Positions 29,081 to 39,414 of a DNA stretch of 49,931 nt are shown here, in pieces; the first letter of the stretch is position 1, and the number at the start of each line of letters is the position of its first letter. This DNA is from Nitrospirota bacterium (GTDB lineage Bacteria; Nitrospirota; Nitrospiria; 2-01-FULL-66-17). The stretch lies in NCBI GenBank assembly GCA_049325335.1, contig JBMOMC010000045.1, positions 1 through 49,931 of the forward strand. The letters are read 5' to 3'. The position numbers were made by a program, and so were the translations under genes. The notes beneath the pieces are model-generated. The model saw only the letters and a list, made by a program, of their open reading frames with translations, was not told the DNA's origin and did no database searches.

Positions 29081-31303
29081 ATGGCCACAAGCGCTCCGGC
29101 TCGCGGGTGGTCGAAGAAGGCGCTGCGCGCCCTGTGGTTGACGCTGATTCTGGCGTTGCTGTCCGTCTCCGCGACCACGCTCTATTACAAGGGGCTGGGC
29201 ACGCCGTCTCCGTTCTCCAACAACATCCTCGTCCTCACCCTGGTGAACGTCAACTTCATTCTGGTCATTCTGCTCACACTCCTGTTGTCCCGCAACCTCA
29301 TCAAGTTGTTTTTCGAGCGTCGGCACCAACGCCTCGGCACCGGGTTCCGGACCAAACTGACGGTCGCCTTCATCGGGCTGTCGCTGATTCCCTCCTTGCT
29401 GCTGTTTGTGGTGGCGAGCGGCCTGCTCACCGCGGCGGTTGAAAATTGGTTCGGCCTGCAGATGGAGCGCTCGCTCACCAGCGCGCTGGGCGTGGCCCAA
29501 ACCGTGTACCGCGAACACGAGGCCGGCATCGTCGCCCATGCGCGGTCGGTGGGGCGAGACGTGGTCCGCCGCGAGTGGTGGCGCCCCGACGCCCGCGGCG
29601 AGTTGCTCGCATATCTGCAAGCCGAAGCCGCGGGCGCGGGACGCCGGACCCTCTGGCTGATCCCGCCTCGGCCCACGTCCGACGCGCCTCCCGCGTGGCA
29701 CGGCCCGCCCGCGCGCGCGGCAGCCCCGGACGCGCGACCGCCGTTCGACGAACCGCCGGAAGACATCCGGAGCGCCGTAAGCAACCGCAGCCTGGTTCGG
29801 TCGACCGAACACGGCGACGTGGTCTGGGGCGCCGCGCCGATCGCGGACCGCGAAGGCCGCCCGCTCGGCGTGGTGGTGATCGAAAGCGTGATCCCGGAGG
29901 AACTCGTCGCCAAACTCGAAGGGATCAGCAAATCCTACGAAGACTACAACCAACTCAAGTCGTTCAAAAACCCGATTAAGGGCGGCTACGTGCTATCGTT
30001 TTTGATCATCACGTTGTTGATCATTTTTTCGGCCACGTGGTTCGGATTCTACGTGGCGCGCGGCGTCACCGTGCCGATCCAAAAATTGGCCGAAGGCACC
30101 CAGGCGGTCGCGCACGGCGACTTGGACTTCACCATCGACGTGGAGGCGAGCGACGAACTGCGGGTCCTGGTGGACTCGTTCAACACCATGACCCGTGATC
30201 TCAAGGCAAGCAAGGAGCAGGTGGAACGCGCGGCCACCTCGTTGACGCAATCCAACGCCGAACTCCAGGCCCGGCGAACGTATATGGAGACGATCTTGGA
30301 AACCATTGCCACCGGGGTGGTGTCGGTAGACGGGCTTGGGCGCGTCACGATCTTGAATCAGGCCGCGGAGCGGATTCTCGGCGTCCCGGCCGCCGAGACC
30401 ATCGGCCGACCCGCCAAAGACGCGTTCAACGCCCAGGGCCTGGACGCGTTATCCGCATTACTCGACCCGGCCGGCGCGTCCGATGATCTGCTCGAACGCG
30501 AGATCCAGGTGGAGACGCGGGAGCGGCCCTTGTCGCTGCGGATCATCGTGTCGCGCCTGCGACGCCCGGATCAGGACCTGGGCCTGGTGATGGTGTTCGA
30601 CGATTTGTCGGACTTGCTGAAAGCGCAAAAAGCCGCGGCCTGGCAGGAAGTGGCGCAGCGCATCGCGCACGAGATCAAGAACCCGTTGACCCCCATTCAA
30701 TTGTCCGCGCAACGGCTTCGGAAAAAAGCGGCCGAACACGCGCCGGACCTCCGCGCGGTGGTGGACGACGCGACGACCGCCATCATCAGCGAGGTCGCCA
30801 GCCTGAAAACCATGGTGGATGAATTTTCCGGCTTTGCCCGGATGCCGGTCCCGCAGCCCGAGACCCTGGATATCCACGACGTGTTGCGGGAAGTCATCCA
30901 CCTCTATCAAAGCGCGTACCGCGACGTGTGCTTTCACGCCCGGTTCGCGGACCGGCTGCCCGCCGCGTTCGCGGACCGCAACCAGATGAAACGCGTGTTC
31001 ACGAACTTGGTCGAAAACGCGGTGGAAGCCGTTCAAAAACGCGGCGAGGTCTGGGTGACGACGTCGTCTTCCTCGCATCCTGCGCGTCTGCGGATCGAGG
31101 TGTCGGACGACGGGCCCGGCATTCAGCCGGAGGATCGGGGCAAACTGTTCCTACCCTATTTCTCCAAGAAAAAAACCGGGACCGGACTCGGACTCGCGAT
31201 CGTGCAGCGGATTATCTCGGACCATAACGGCCATATCCGGGTGGCGGACCGTCGGCCGCGCGGCACCACGTTCGTCGTGGAATTGCCGCCCGCCGCCACC
31301 TAA
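29081..31303 (+). CDS. ntrY: NtrY-like HAMP/PAS sensor histidine kinase
   Basis: AWQEVAQRIAHEIKNPLTPIQLSAQRL, NLVENA, DDGPGI, GTGLGL. Confidence 0.9.
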   Translation: MATSAPARGWSKKALRALWLTLILALLSVSATTLYYKGLGTPSPFSNNILVLTLVNVNFILVILLTLLLSRNLIKLFFERRHQRLGTGFRTKLTVAFIGLSLIPSLLLFVVASGLLTAAVENWFGLQMERSLTSALGVAQTVYREHEAGIVAHARSVGRDVVRREWWRPDARGELLAYLQAEAAGAGRRTLWLIPPRPTSDAPPAWHGPPARAAAPDARPPFDEPPEDIRSAVSNRSLVRSTEHGDVVWGAAPIADREGRPLGVVVIESVIPEELVAKLEGISKSYEDYNQLKSFKNPIKGGYVLSFLIITLLIIFSATWFGFYVARGVTVPIQKLAEGTQAVAHGDLDFTIDVEASDELRVLVDSFNTMTRDLKASKEQVERAATSLTQSNAELQARRTYMETILETIATGVVSVDGLGRVTILNQAAERILGVPAAETIGRPAKDAFNAQGLDALSALLDPAGASDDLLEREIQVETRERPLSLRIIVSRLRRPDQDLGLVMVFDDLSDLLKAQKAAAWQEVAQRIAHEIKNPLTPIQLSAQRLRKKAAEHAPDLRAVVDDATTAIISEVASLKTMVDEFSGFARMPVPQPETLDIHDVLREVIHLYQSAYRDVCFHARFADRLPAAFADRNQMKRVFTNLVENAVEAVQKRGEVWVTTSSSSHPARLRIEVSDDGPGIQPEDRGKLFLPYFSKKKTGTGLGLAIVQRIISDHNGHIRVADRRPRGTTFVVELPPAAT

Positions 31304-31322
31304 CCGACAACGGAGAGTTCCC

Positions 31323-32711
31323 GTGTCCGAAACGATTCTGATCGTCGACGACGAACACGCCATCCTCCAAGCCCTGTCCGCCATCCTGACGGACGAAGGG
31401 TACCGCGTGACGGACGCCCGCGACGGCGCCTCCGCGGTGAAGGCCGTGGCCAAAGAGCCGCCGTCCGCCATGCTGCTCGACATCTGGATGCCGGAGCAGG
31501 ACGGCTTGGAAACCCTCCGCCAGATCCGAGACCTGGCCCCGCAGGTGCCGGTGATCATGATGTCGGGCCACGGCACCATCGAAACCGCGATCAAAGCCAT
31601 CAAACTCGGGGCCTACGATTACATCGAGAAACCCCTATCGCTCGACAAGGTGTTGCTGCTGGTCAAACACGCGATCGACACCGGACGGCTCACCGAAGAA
31701 AATCGCCGCCTGAAAGCCGCCGTCGCCCAACGGCTGGCGCTGATCGGAGACAGCGCGCCGATGGCGCGTCTCAAGGCCGCAATCGCCACCGCCGCCGCCT
31801 CGCACAGCCGGGTCCTGATCTCCGGAGAGAACGGAACCGGCAAGGAAGTCGTGGCGCGTCTTATTCACGCCCAAAGCCCGCGCGCCGCGGGCCCGTTCAT
31901 CGACGTGAACTGCGCCGCGATTCCCGAGACATTGATCGAGAGCGAACTGTTCGGCCACGAACGCGGGGCGTTCACCGGCGCCACCGGGATGAAACGGGGC
32001 CGGTTCGAGGAGGCCGACGGCGGCACGTTGTTTCTCGATGAAATCGCCGACATGAGTCTCGCCACCCAAGCCAAGGTGCTGCGCGTGCTCCAAGAACAAC
32101 GGTTCTCGCGGGTCGGGAGCGGCCGACCCATCGACGTGGACGTGCGGGTCATCAGCGCCTCGAACAAGGACTTACCCGACGCCATCGCCCGCGGGACATT
32201 CCGCGAGGATTTGTTCTACCGACTGAATGTGATCCCGTTGCACGTCCCGCCCTTGCGGGAGCACCGCGATGATATCCCCGCGTTGGTGGAGCATTTCCTC
32301 CGGGACATCGCCGTGGACCAAGGCCTCAAACCCAAAACCATCCATCCCCGGGCGCTCGACGCCCTGACCCGCTACCGGTGGCCGGGCAACGTCCGCGAGT
32401 TGCGCAACACCATCGAACGGCTGCTGATCATGGCGCCCGGCGCCGTCATCGGGCCCGAGGACCTCGCGCCCACGCTGACCGGCGCGGAGCGTACGCCCGC
32501 CGGGCCGTCGGTCGCTGCGCCCGACCACGACGCCACCCTGAAAGACGCGCGCGCAGCCTTCGAGCGGGACTTCATCACCCACGCGCTCCGGGCCCACGAC
32601 TTCAACGTGAGCAAAACCGCGGAGGCCTTGGGCCTCGAACGCAGCCACTTGCACCGCAAGATCAAGCTGCTGGGGATCGAGGTCCGGCCCGATCACGGCG
32701 GAACCGCGTGA
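31323..32711 (+). CDS. ntrX: NtrX-like sigma-54-interacting response regulator
   Basis: Receiver LLDIWMP, GENGTGKE, ESELFGHERGAFTGA, WPGNVREL, Fis-type HTH. Confidence 0.9.
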   Translation: MSETILIVDDEHAILQALSAILTDEGYRVTDARDGASAVKAVAKEPPSAMLLDIWMPEQDGLETLRQIRDLAPQVPVIMMSGHGTIETAIKAIKLGAYDYIEKPLSLDKVLLLVKHAIDTGRLTEENRRLKAAVAQRLALIGDSAPMARLKAAIATAAASHSRVLISGENGTGKEVVARLIHAQSPRAAGPFIDVNCAAIPETLIESELFGHERGAFTGATGMKRGRFEEADGGTLFLDEIADMSLATQAKVLRVLQEQRFSRVGSGRPIDVDVRVISASNKDLPDAIARGTFREDLFYRLNVIPLHVPPLREHRDDIPALVEHFLRDIAVDQGLKPKTIHPRALDALTRYRWPGNVRELRNTIERLLIMAPGAVIGPEDLAPTLTGAERTPAGPSVAAPDHDATLKDARAAFERDFITHALRAHDFNVSKTAEALGLERSHLHRKIKLLGIEVRPDHGGTA

Positions 32712-33994
32712 GCGACCTCCCCGAGCTCGTGCCGCTCACGATCGAGAAGGTCGTACACGGCGGGCGGGGCATGGGGCGATGGGACGGCCTGCCGGTGTTC
32801 GTCGGCGGCGCGCTCCCGGGAGAACGCGTCGACGTCCGCGTGACGGGGCGGCGCAAGGGATACGTCGAGGCCGCGATCACCCGCGTCGTCACGCCGTCGC
32901 CGGACCGATTGACCGCGCCGTGCCCGGCGTATCCCGCGTGCGGCGGCTGCCAGCTCCAACACGCGACCTACTCCGCCCAGTTGGAGCTCAAGCGCGCGAT
33001 CGTGCGGGAAACGCTCCAACGTCTGGGCGGCATGGCGATCGAGGTCCCGCCGGTGGTTCCATCGCCCGAGCCGTTCGGGTATCGCCTGCGCGCGCAACTC
33101 AAACTCGATCGGACCGCGGCGCCTCCCGCATTGGGGTTTTACGAGGCGGGCAGCCATCGCGTGGTCGATGCACCCGCGTGTCTGATCCTGCACCCCCGGC
33201 TCCAAACCCTGTGGACCGCGCTGCGCGGCCTGGCGACCCGTGGCGATCCCCGTCTCGCGACGGCACGGGAGATCGAGCTGCAGACCACGGCGACCGCGGA
33301 CGCGGGGTTGATCGTGTTGCACGTCGACGCCATCCGCCCGAGCGCGTTGCGCACCCTCGCACGCGATCTGCGCAACATAGGATCGCTCCGAGGGCTGATC
33401 GCGTATGCCGGAGCCCGACGCCAGGTGGACGGCGATGATTGGCTCGAGGAGACTATCGACGGCGTGGCGTGTCGGGTCAGCGACCGCACGTTCCTGCAAG
33501 TCAACGCCGGCGTCAACGCCGCGCTGAGCGCGGCCGTCACCGCGTGGGCGGGGCTGACCGGCGGCGAACGCGTCGTGGACCTCTACGCCGGGTTCGGGAA
33601 CTTCAGTCTTGCGCTTGCGCGCCGCGCTCGCGTCACCGCGGTCGAGTCGTCGTCCCATGCCGTGGCGGACGCGAGATGGAACGCGCGCGCGAGCGGCCGC
33701 CCGGTTCAGGTGGTGGACCGACGCGTGGACGATTGGTCGCCCGGCCCGGCGGATCGGCACCCGGATCTCGTGGTCCTGGATCCGCCGCGAACCGGGCTCA
33801 CCCCCGCCGCGTCCGCGCGCGTGATCACCCTCAACGCGCCGCGCCTGCTCTATGTGTCCTGCGAACCCGCGACCTTGGCGCGGGACATGAAGCGCTTCGC
33901 GCAGGCGGGATATGTGTTGCGGCGCGCGGCCGTGTTCGATATGTTTCCCCAAACCGCACACGTTGAAACCCTAATAGAGCTTCGCCGAGCGTGA
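32708..33994 (+). CDS. rlmD: 23S rRNA m5U methyltransferase (RlmD/TrmA family)
   Basis: TRAM domain, CPAYPACGGCQLQH, DLYAGFGNF, LDPPRTG, YVSCEP, DMFPQTAHVE; GTG start overlaps the ntrX stop. Confidence 0.88.
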   Translation: MSDLPELVPLTIEKVVHGGRGMGRWDGLPVFVGGALPGERVDVRVTGRRKGYVEAAITRVVTPSPDRLTAPCPAYPACGGCQLQHATYSAQLELKRAIVRETLQRLGGMAIEVPPVVPSPEPFGYRLRAQLKLDRTAAPPALGFYEAGSHRVVDAPACLILHPRLQTLWTALRGLATRGDPRLATAREIELQTTATADAGLIVLHVDAIRPSALRTLARDLRNIGSLRGLIAYAGARRQVDGDDWLEETIDGVACRVSDRTFLQVNAGVNAALSAAVTAWAGLTGGERVVDLYAGFGNFSLALARRARVTAVESSSHAVADARWNARASGRPVQVVDRRVDDWSPGPADRHPDLVVLDPPRTGLTPAASARVITLNAPRLLYVSCEPATLARDMKRFAQAGYVLRRAAVFDMFPQTAHVETLIELRRA

Positions 33995-34020
33995 CGAATC
34001 ACCTCGGCACGGCATAGAAG

Positions 34021-34048
34021 TTGACAGATTACATCGGCATGGTATAAA
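34021..34048 (+). promoter_or_regulatory. Sigma-70 promoter with extended -10
   Basis: TTGACA-16 nt-TATAAA with TG at the extended -10 position. Confidence 0.65.
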
Positions 34049-34081
34049 AGTGGTCACATACCGGTCCGGAGGGAGCCGACC

Positions 34082-35152
34082 ATGCCATACCAATCACATT
34101 CACATCGCGTCCGTCTGTGTCTCGTGTTTATCGGAGTCCTGGGAGTCCTCGTGCCGCCCGTGAACGCGTTTGAACTCCGCGGATTCGCGGACGTCTCGTA
34201 TCAGCACGACATCCACGACAACAACGTGGAGGAGAACAACGGCGCATTCGCCATCGGCCCCGTGGATTTTTACGTCGCAGAATCCCTCGGACCGCGGATG
34301 GACGTGCTCACGGAAATCGCGTTCGAGTCCGGCATCGTGGATCTGGAGCGGCTGCAAATCAGCTACCTCTTCTCCGACGCGCTCAAGGTCTCCGCCGGAC
34401 GGTTCCACTCCTCGCTAGGTTACTGGAACACGGCCTACCACCACGGCGCGTTTCTACACACGACGATCAAACGCCCCTTCTTCCTGAACTTCGAAGACGA
34501 GGGCGGGGTCCTGCCGGTCCACTCGGTCGGACTGCTCGCCTCCGGCCGTCTGTTTACGGACGCAGGCGAGTTCGCCTATGGGGCATTCGTGGGCAACGGA
34601 TCGTCGATCAGTACCGGCCCACCCCTTGAGCTCGACCCCAATAACGAAAGCGACCCCAACAAGAACAAGGCGGTGGGGCTTCGCGCGATGATTTCGCCGA
34701 CTGGACTCCATGGCTGGACGGTCGGCGCGTCCGGCTACAGCAGCCGCGTGATCGACGACCAAGCGCCGCTCACACTCGACGTGACCCAGACGATCCTCGG
34801 CGCGGACGCCGTGTATCTAAACGGCTCCATTGAACTCATCGCCGAGTACTTTCTCGTACGGGACAAGAATAAGTTGGGAACCGACACGACCAACAACCAT
34901 CTCTATTACGTCCAGCTCGGCCGGGAGTTCGACGGCCGCGTCACGCCGTACGTCCGCCACGAGCAGATGTCCCTCGACGAAAGCGATCCCTATATGGATG
35001 CGCTCTCAGCGATCGACAACCGCACCGAGACCGCGGGCGTGCGGGTTCGAGTGGGCGATCAATCGGTCTTGAAGTTCGAGGGTCGGTTCATCACCGACAA
35101 CGGCAGTGATTCCCATCAAGAATACGGCGCCCAATGGGCGTTCGCGTTCTAG
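34082..35152 (+). CDS. Putative porin / outer-membrane beta-barrel
   Basis: Signal peptide (VNA), DLERLQISY...AGRFHSSLGYWN, C-terminal WAFAF. Confidence 0.8.
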   Translation: MPYQSHSHRVRLCLVFIGVLGVLVPPVNAFELRGFADVSYQHDIHDNNVEENNGAFAIGPVDFYVAESLGPRMDVLTEIAFESGIVDLERLQISYLFSDALKVSAGRFHSSLGYWNTAYHHGAFLHTTIKRPFFLNFEDEGGVLPVHSVGLLASGRLFTDAGEFAYGAFVGNGSSISTGPPLELDPNNESDPNKNKAVGLRAMISPTGLHGWTVGASGYSSRVIDDQAPLTLDVTQTILGADAVYLNGSIELIAEYFLVRDKNKLGTDTTNNHLYYVQLGREFDGRVTPYVRHEQMSLDESDPYMDALSAIDNRTETAGVRVRVGDQSVLKFEGRFITDNGSDSHQEYGAQWAFAF

Positions 35153-35160
35153 GAGCCGCC

Positions 35161-35625
35161 ATGAGACCGATTCCTGCTTCTGTGATGCTCCGCGTCGCCA
35201 CCGTCCTCATGATGGGGTCTCTCCTCACCGCAGGTCGCGTCGCGGCCGATCCGACCGACCTGATCTTCGTGGTCTCATCGGAAACGCCCATTCAGTCACT
35301 CCCGGTGGAAGACGTTCAAAATATTTACCTGGGGAAGAAGCGCGTTGTCGCCGGGTTCCCCGTGTCCGCCATCGATCACAGCGAATCCGAACCCATCAAA
35401 CAGGCCTTCCTCAAACACGTCATGCATCTGACGCATTCCCAATACCGAGAACAGTTGATGCGTCGCCGGTTTCAGGAAGGCGCGGTCACGCCGAAGTTTG
35501 TCGGGAACGCCAGCGAGGCCCTCAACGCGATTCGGGAACCCCCCGGCGCCATCGGTTACGTCTACGAGTCGGACGCCGGGACCTTGCTGGGCCTCAAAGT
35601 GGTCGCGACCCTCCCAACCAAGTAA
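35161..35625 (+). CDS. Small periplasmic-binding-protein-like protein (PstS/PBP2-like fragment)
   Basis: Signal peptide, VQNIYLGKK, PGAIGYV; SD AGGAG; start moved to ATG 35161. Confidence 0.7.
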   Translation: MRPIPASVMLRVATVLMMGSLLTAGRVAADPTDLIFVVSSETPIQSLPVEDVQNIYLGKKRVVAGFPVSAIDHSESEPIKQAFLKHVMHLTHSQYREQLMRRRFQEGAVTPKFVGNASEALNAIREPPGAIGYVYESDAGTLLGLKVVATLPTK

Positions 35626-35632
35626 CGGGCGC

Positions 35633-35971
35633 TCAGCGGTACCCGCTCTGCGGATCCAGCTTGGACAACAGCGCGGCGCAGGTCTCGCGATGCCGAGCGG
35701 CTACGTCAAGGGGAAGGCGCTCAACGCCGAGGCGCGCGTCGAGCGCGGAGAGCACCGCGCGCACGGTGGCGGGTGGCGCGTACTCCTCATCCGCCCCGTA
35801 TCGGCTGAACTCTTCCTGCGCGGCCCGGTCCACGCGCCCCTCCACGTCGCCGGACTCGCCGGTTTCGCGCAGCGTGAGGACCAGACTCGTCAACAAGCCC
35901 TCGCGCACCGCGTTGCTCGATAACCACTTTTTCCGCAATTTTGCGTCGAGATCCTCTCGTGTGCGACTCAC
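35633..35971 (-). CDS. Hypothetical helical protein downstream of tolB
   Basis: 112-aa ORF with SD AAGGAG; fills the gap between tolB and the convergent gene. Confidence 0.65.
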   Translation of the reverse strand: MSRTREDLDAKLRKKWLSSNAVREGLLTSLVLTLRETGESGDVEGRVDRAAQEEFSRYGADEEYAPPATVRAVLSALDARLGVERLPLDVAARHRETCAALLSKLDPQSGYR

Positions 35972-35998
35972 TCGGTCCGCTCCTTGCCGGGATCGGCC

Positions 35999-37297
35999 TT
36001 ACGAAGGCGACCACCCCGGCGACTGATCGTTTCCGTTCCCGGAGGTCAGGGCTTCCTCCCCGCTGCCGTCGAGCCCGATGACGTACAACTTGGCGTCTCC
36101 ACCGCGACTGGACTCGAACACCACGTGTCGACCGCCCGGCGCCCAGGACGGGTTCACATTCGGACCCGGCGAAGTCGTCAACTGTACGCGCCGGCTCCCG
36201 TCTGGACCGATCAGGCAGATTTGTTCTTGACCGTCCACGCGACACGTATACGCAATCCAGTTGCCCTTGGGGGAAAATGCCGGCGCCGTGTTGTAGGTCC
36301 CCTCAAACGTCAAGCGGCGCTGATCGCTCCCCTGCGCGTTCATCAGATAAATCTGCGGCGACCCGCCGCGGTTCGAGTTAAACGCGATTTGTGCGCCGTT
36401 GGGCGACCAGGAGGGCGAGAGGTCGTCGCCCATGCCGAAGGTCAGTCGGCGCGGATGTTTCCCGTCCGCGTCCGACACATAGAGGTCGAAGTCGCCGGCC
36501 TGGCTGGAGGAGAACGCGAGCAGATCTCCGCCCGGAGCCCACGCCGGCGACATGGTCGTGCCGGGCAACTTGATCACGGGCCACCGTCTCCCGCTGGTCG
36601 GCACGTATGAGTGCAGCGACAGGGCGCCGTCCCGGTACGACCCGAACGTGATCAGTGTCCCATCGGGACTCCACCGCGGCGACATCGCGGCGCTGCGGTC
36701 TCGGGTAATCTGAACCACGTTCGCCCCGTCGTAATCCATGACGTACAATTCCTTTTTCCCCGACCGGTCCGACACGAACGCGATCCGCGTCTGCGCGATC
36801 CCCTGCTCCCCGGTAAACCCCGTGACCACCGCGTCGGCAAAACGGTGCGCCATGGAGCGCGCAGACTGCTCGTCGCGCCCGCGGTACGCCTTTTCCACCA
36901 CGGCGGCGCCGCTGCCGCCGTCGTACCCGGTTCCGCTCCACAATAGACTCCCGTCGCGCTCGCGCGACAACCGTCCCCAGATCACCACGTCCGCGCCCGC
37001 GGCGCCCGCTTCTTTGACCCGCGCGGCGTCGGGCGCCTTGGCCGTGTCTTGCACCGGCAACGTCACCACCGTGAACAACAACGACCGGCGCAGATCCGAT
37101 TCAATCACCGCGCGTAATGTCGCGGCCGCGTCGGCCACGTCCGGCGCGGCCTGCACGCCCAGCACCGCAACCGGAATTTTCGCGCCGGCGGATCGGGACA
37201 ACCCCAGGTAGACGTCCGCGCCGTACGCAATCGCGCCCCACGCCGCCAGCGCGGACGCCGACCACCAGATCACCCACCGTGTCGCCCCCGCGGTCAC
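35999..37297 (-). CDS. tolB: Tol-Pal system beta-propeller TolB
   Basis: AHRFADAVV...TRIAFVS, LYVMDYDG, repeated SPxWSPDG PD40 units. Confidence 0.93.
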   Translation of the reverse strand: MTAGATRWVIWWSASALAAWGAIAYGADVYLGLSRSAGAKIPVAVLGVQAAPDVADAAATLRAVIESDLRRSLLFTVVTLPVQDTAKAPDAARVKEAGAAGADVVIWGRLSRERDGSLLWSGTGYDGGSGAAVVEKAYRGRDEQSARSMAHRFADAVVTGFTGEQGIAQTRIAFVSDRSGKKELYVMDYDGANVVQITRDRSAAMSPRWSPDGTLITFGSYRDGALSLHSYVPTSGRRWPVIKLPGTTMSPAWAPGGDLLAFSSSQAGDFDLYVSDADGKHPRRLTFGMGDDLSPSWSPNGAQIAFNSNRGGSPQIYLMNAQGSDQRRLTFEGTYNTAPAFSPKGNWIAYTCRVDGQEQICLIGPDGSRRVQLTTSPGPNVNPSWAPGGRHVVFESSRGGDAKLYVIGLDGSGEEALTSGNGNDQSPGWSPS

Positions 37298-38082
37298 GAG
37301 AGCCGATCCGGGTCGAGCGAAAAACTAAAAAAGATCTTCATGCTCTCCTCGGCATATCCGGGCGGAAGCGGCGGAAACGGGTTCGCCCGCTGCACGGAAC
37401 GAATCGCCGCCTGATCAAAAAACGCGTCCCCCGAACTCTGTTCGATCTCCGCGCCGCGGACGCTGCCGTCGCGCAAGATGGTGAACACCACCAAGGTGGC
37501 GCGGGTTTGGGCGAATCCCGCGCCCGGCGGCGACCAGTTCTCATTGATCTTGCGTTTGAGCGCGTTCGTGTAAAACGGGTACTTCAACGCCACGGCTTCC
37601 ATCAACGGGGTCACGAGCTGAATCCCCGGCTCGGTGGGTTCCGGCACGTTGGCCTCGGGCGCCGGGGGCGGAGGCTCCGGGTGATTCTCCGGCGGAGCCG
37701 GCTCCTTCGCGACCTCCGGGATCGGCGCGGGAGCCGGATGTGTCTTGATGGGCGCGGGCTCCACGGACGCCGGAACCGGTTTCTTCACGGGTTTAGATTT
37801 GGTCGGCGGGGACGGCGGAGGCGGTTTCGGTTCGACCCGCGGCGGAGGAGCCGGCCGACGGACCGGCGGCGCGTCAACCGGCGCGCTGACCAACTGCACC
37901 TCATACGCCGACATCGCGGGCCGACGGGGAATCCATGACGGACCCCACACGAGCGCCGCCGCGAGCGCCGTGTGCAGGATCCCCGACACGATCATCATCG
38001 GGCGCAAGGGGGAGCAGCGGGCCGACGTCGTCATGCGATCGATTCGACGCGGCGCCACGTCGCGGCTAGGAACCGTCCGCAC
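37294..38082 (-). CDS. TolA/TonB family protein
   Basis: TM helix with SxxxH (SGILH), Pro-rich linker, C-terminal SSGDAFFDQAAIRSVQRANPFPPLP; start may be ATG 38034. Confidence 0.85.
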   Translation of the reverse strand: MRTVPSRDVAPRRIDRMTTSARCSPLRPMMIVSGILHTALAAALVWGPSWIPRRPAMSAYEVQLVSAPVDAPPVRRPAPPPRVEPKPPPPSPPTKSKPVKKPVPASVEPAPIKTHPAPAPIPEVAKEPAPPENHPEPPPPAPEANVPEPTEPGIQLVTPLMEAVALKYPFYTNALKRKINENWSPPGAGFAQTRATLVVFTILRDGSVRGAEIEQSSGDAFFDQAAIRSVQRANPFPPLPPGYAEESMKIFFSFSLDPDRLS

Positions 38083-38494
38083 CCTCGCCGGACGGTTGAG
38101 TGACCATCCCCAAGCGGTCGATCCCCGCGCGTTTGACCGCGTCCATCACTTCGACCACCGCGCCGTACGGCACGTCGCGGTCCGCGCGCAAGTACAACGT
38201 CACGTCGGGTTTTTCGCGGGCGATCCGGCGCAACTTCTCGTCCATCATCACCCGCGCCACCCGCTCCTTGTCGAAATACACCGCGCGATCGCGCGACACG
38301 GTGAGCATCATCCGCTCTTCGGGCTTGATCGTGTTCACCGAAGACTTGGGCAGATCGATGTCGATCCCACGCAGCATGAGCGGCGCCGTGATCATAAAAA
38401 TGACCAACAGGACCAACACCACGTCCACGAGCGGCACCACGTTGATTTCGGCGAGCGGCCGTCCGGGATCCGTGCGCCGTCGGTCAGCGAACAT
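38066..38494 (-). CDS. tolR: TolR/ExbD
   Basis: EINVVPLVDVVLVLLVIFMITAP, LRADRDVPYG. Confidence 0.92.
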   Translation of the reverse strand: MFADRRRTDPGRPLAEINVVPLVDVVLVLLVIFMITAPLMLRGIDIDLPKSSVNTIKPEERMMLTVSRDRAVYFDKERVARVMMDEKLRRIAREKPDVTLYLRADRDVPYGAVVEVMDAVKRAGIDRLGMVTQPSGEGADGS

Positions 38495-38497
38495 GGC

Positions 38498-39205
38498 TCA
38501 CAACCGGCGCGAGGGTTCCGGAAGCGCGGCGGACGGCGCGCGCGACTCCACCAGGCCGATCAAGTCCTGCCGAAACACGTCGAGTTCGCTCGCGTGACGC
38601 CGGACTTGGGTCAGAAAATAGTTGTAGGCCACCACCGCCGGGATGGCCGCGAACAAACCCGCCGCGGTCGCCACCAACGCCTCGGCCACGCCGGGCGCCA
38701 CCGCCGCGATGCTCGCGGTGCCCTGCCGACCGATCGACTGGAACGCCTGGATGATGCCGAGCACGGTGCCGAACAGGCCCACGAACGGCGACACGTTCCC
38801 GATGGTGGCGAGCGAGGACAAATATTCCTCTTCCGCCATCAAATGGCGCTCGGAGGCCTGCCGCAACGCGCGTTCCAACCGTCGGCCGCCGAGCCCGGCC
38901 GGGCCGCCGCTTGCGGACTCCCCGCTCTCTTCGCTCAACGCGGTGCGGTACGCAATGGCGAACAGTTCGGCCGACGGACTGCGGGCGATCGTCGCGCTGC
39001 GCCGCCGCACTTCGGTGGGATCATCCACCGCCTCGTACACGGCCAAGAACCGCCGATCCTGGGTTCTCACCACTCGGAACAATCGCCACTTATAAAAAAT
39101 CACGGCCCAGGAAAACATGGAGAGCGCGAGCAGCACCGCCAGGACCGCCTGGCTCAGCGGACTCGCGGACGTGATGAGGTCGGCCAGATCGATGGAAGAG
39201 TTCAT
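38498..39205 (-). CDS. tolQ: TolQ/ExbB proton channel
   Basis: LATIGNVSPFVGLFGTVLGI, APGVAEALVATAAGLFAAIPAV; start MNSSIDL. Confidence 0.92.
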   Translation of the reverse strand: MNSSIDLADLITSASPLSQAVLAVLLALSMFSWAVIFYKWRLFRVVRTQDRRFLAVYEAVDDPTEVRRRSATIARSPSAELFAIAYRTALSEESGESASGGPAGLGGRRLERALRQASERHLMAEEEYLSSLATIGNVSPFVGLFGTVLGIIQAFQSIGRQGTASIAAVAPGVAEALVATAAGLFAAIPAVVAYNYFLTQVRRHASELDVFRQDLIGLVESRAPSAALPEPSRRL

Positions 39206-39337
39206 GCCGGAAGTCAACGACCCCTCGCAGCCTCGGCGCGGGAACCCGCACCACGCCACAGGCGCGGAGTGCGATGAGCCCGTTCCACACGGGTGGCGGA
39301 GCAGACCGCGCCTGCGTTGCGCGTCGGTAGCGAGGAA

Positions 39338-39414
<77 letters not shown>

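Noticed and set aside
21261..33961. Many long antisense or alternate-frame ORFs (e.g. 22711-24669, 26889-28334, 32693-33961)
   Set aside because: Shadow ORFs of high-GC genes, Arg/Pro/Gly-rich with no motifs
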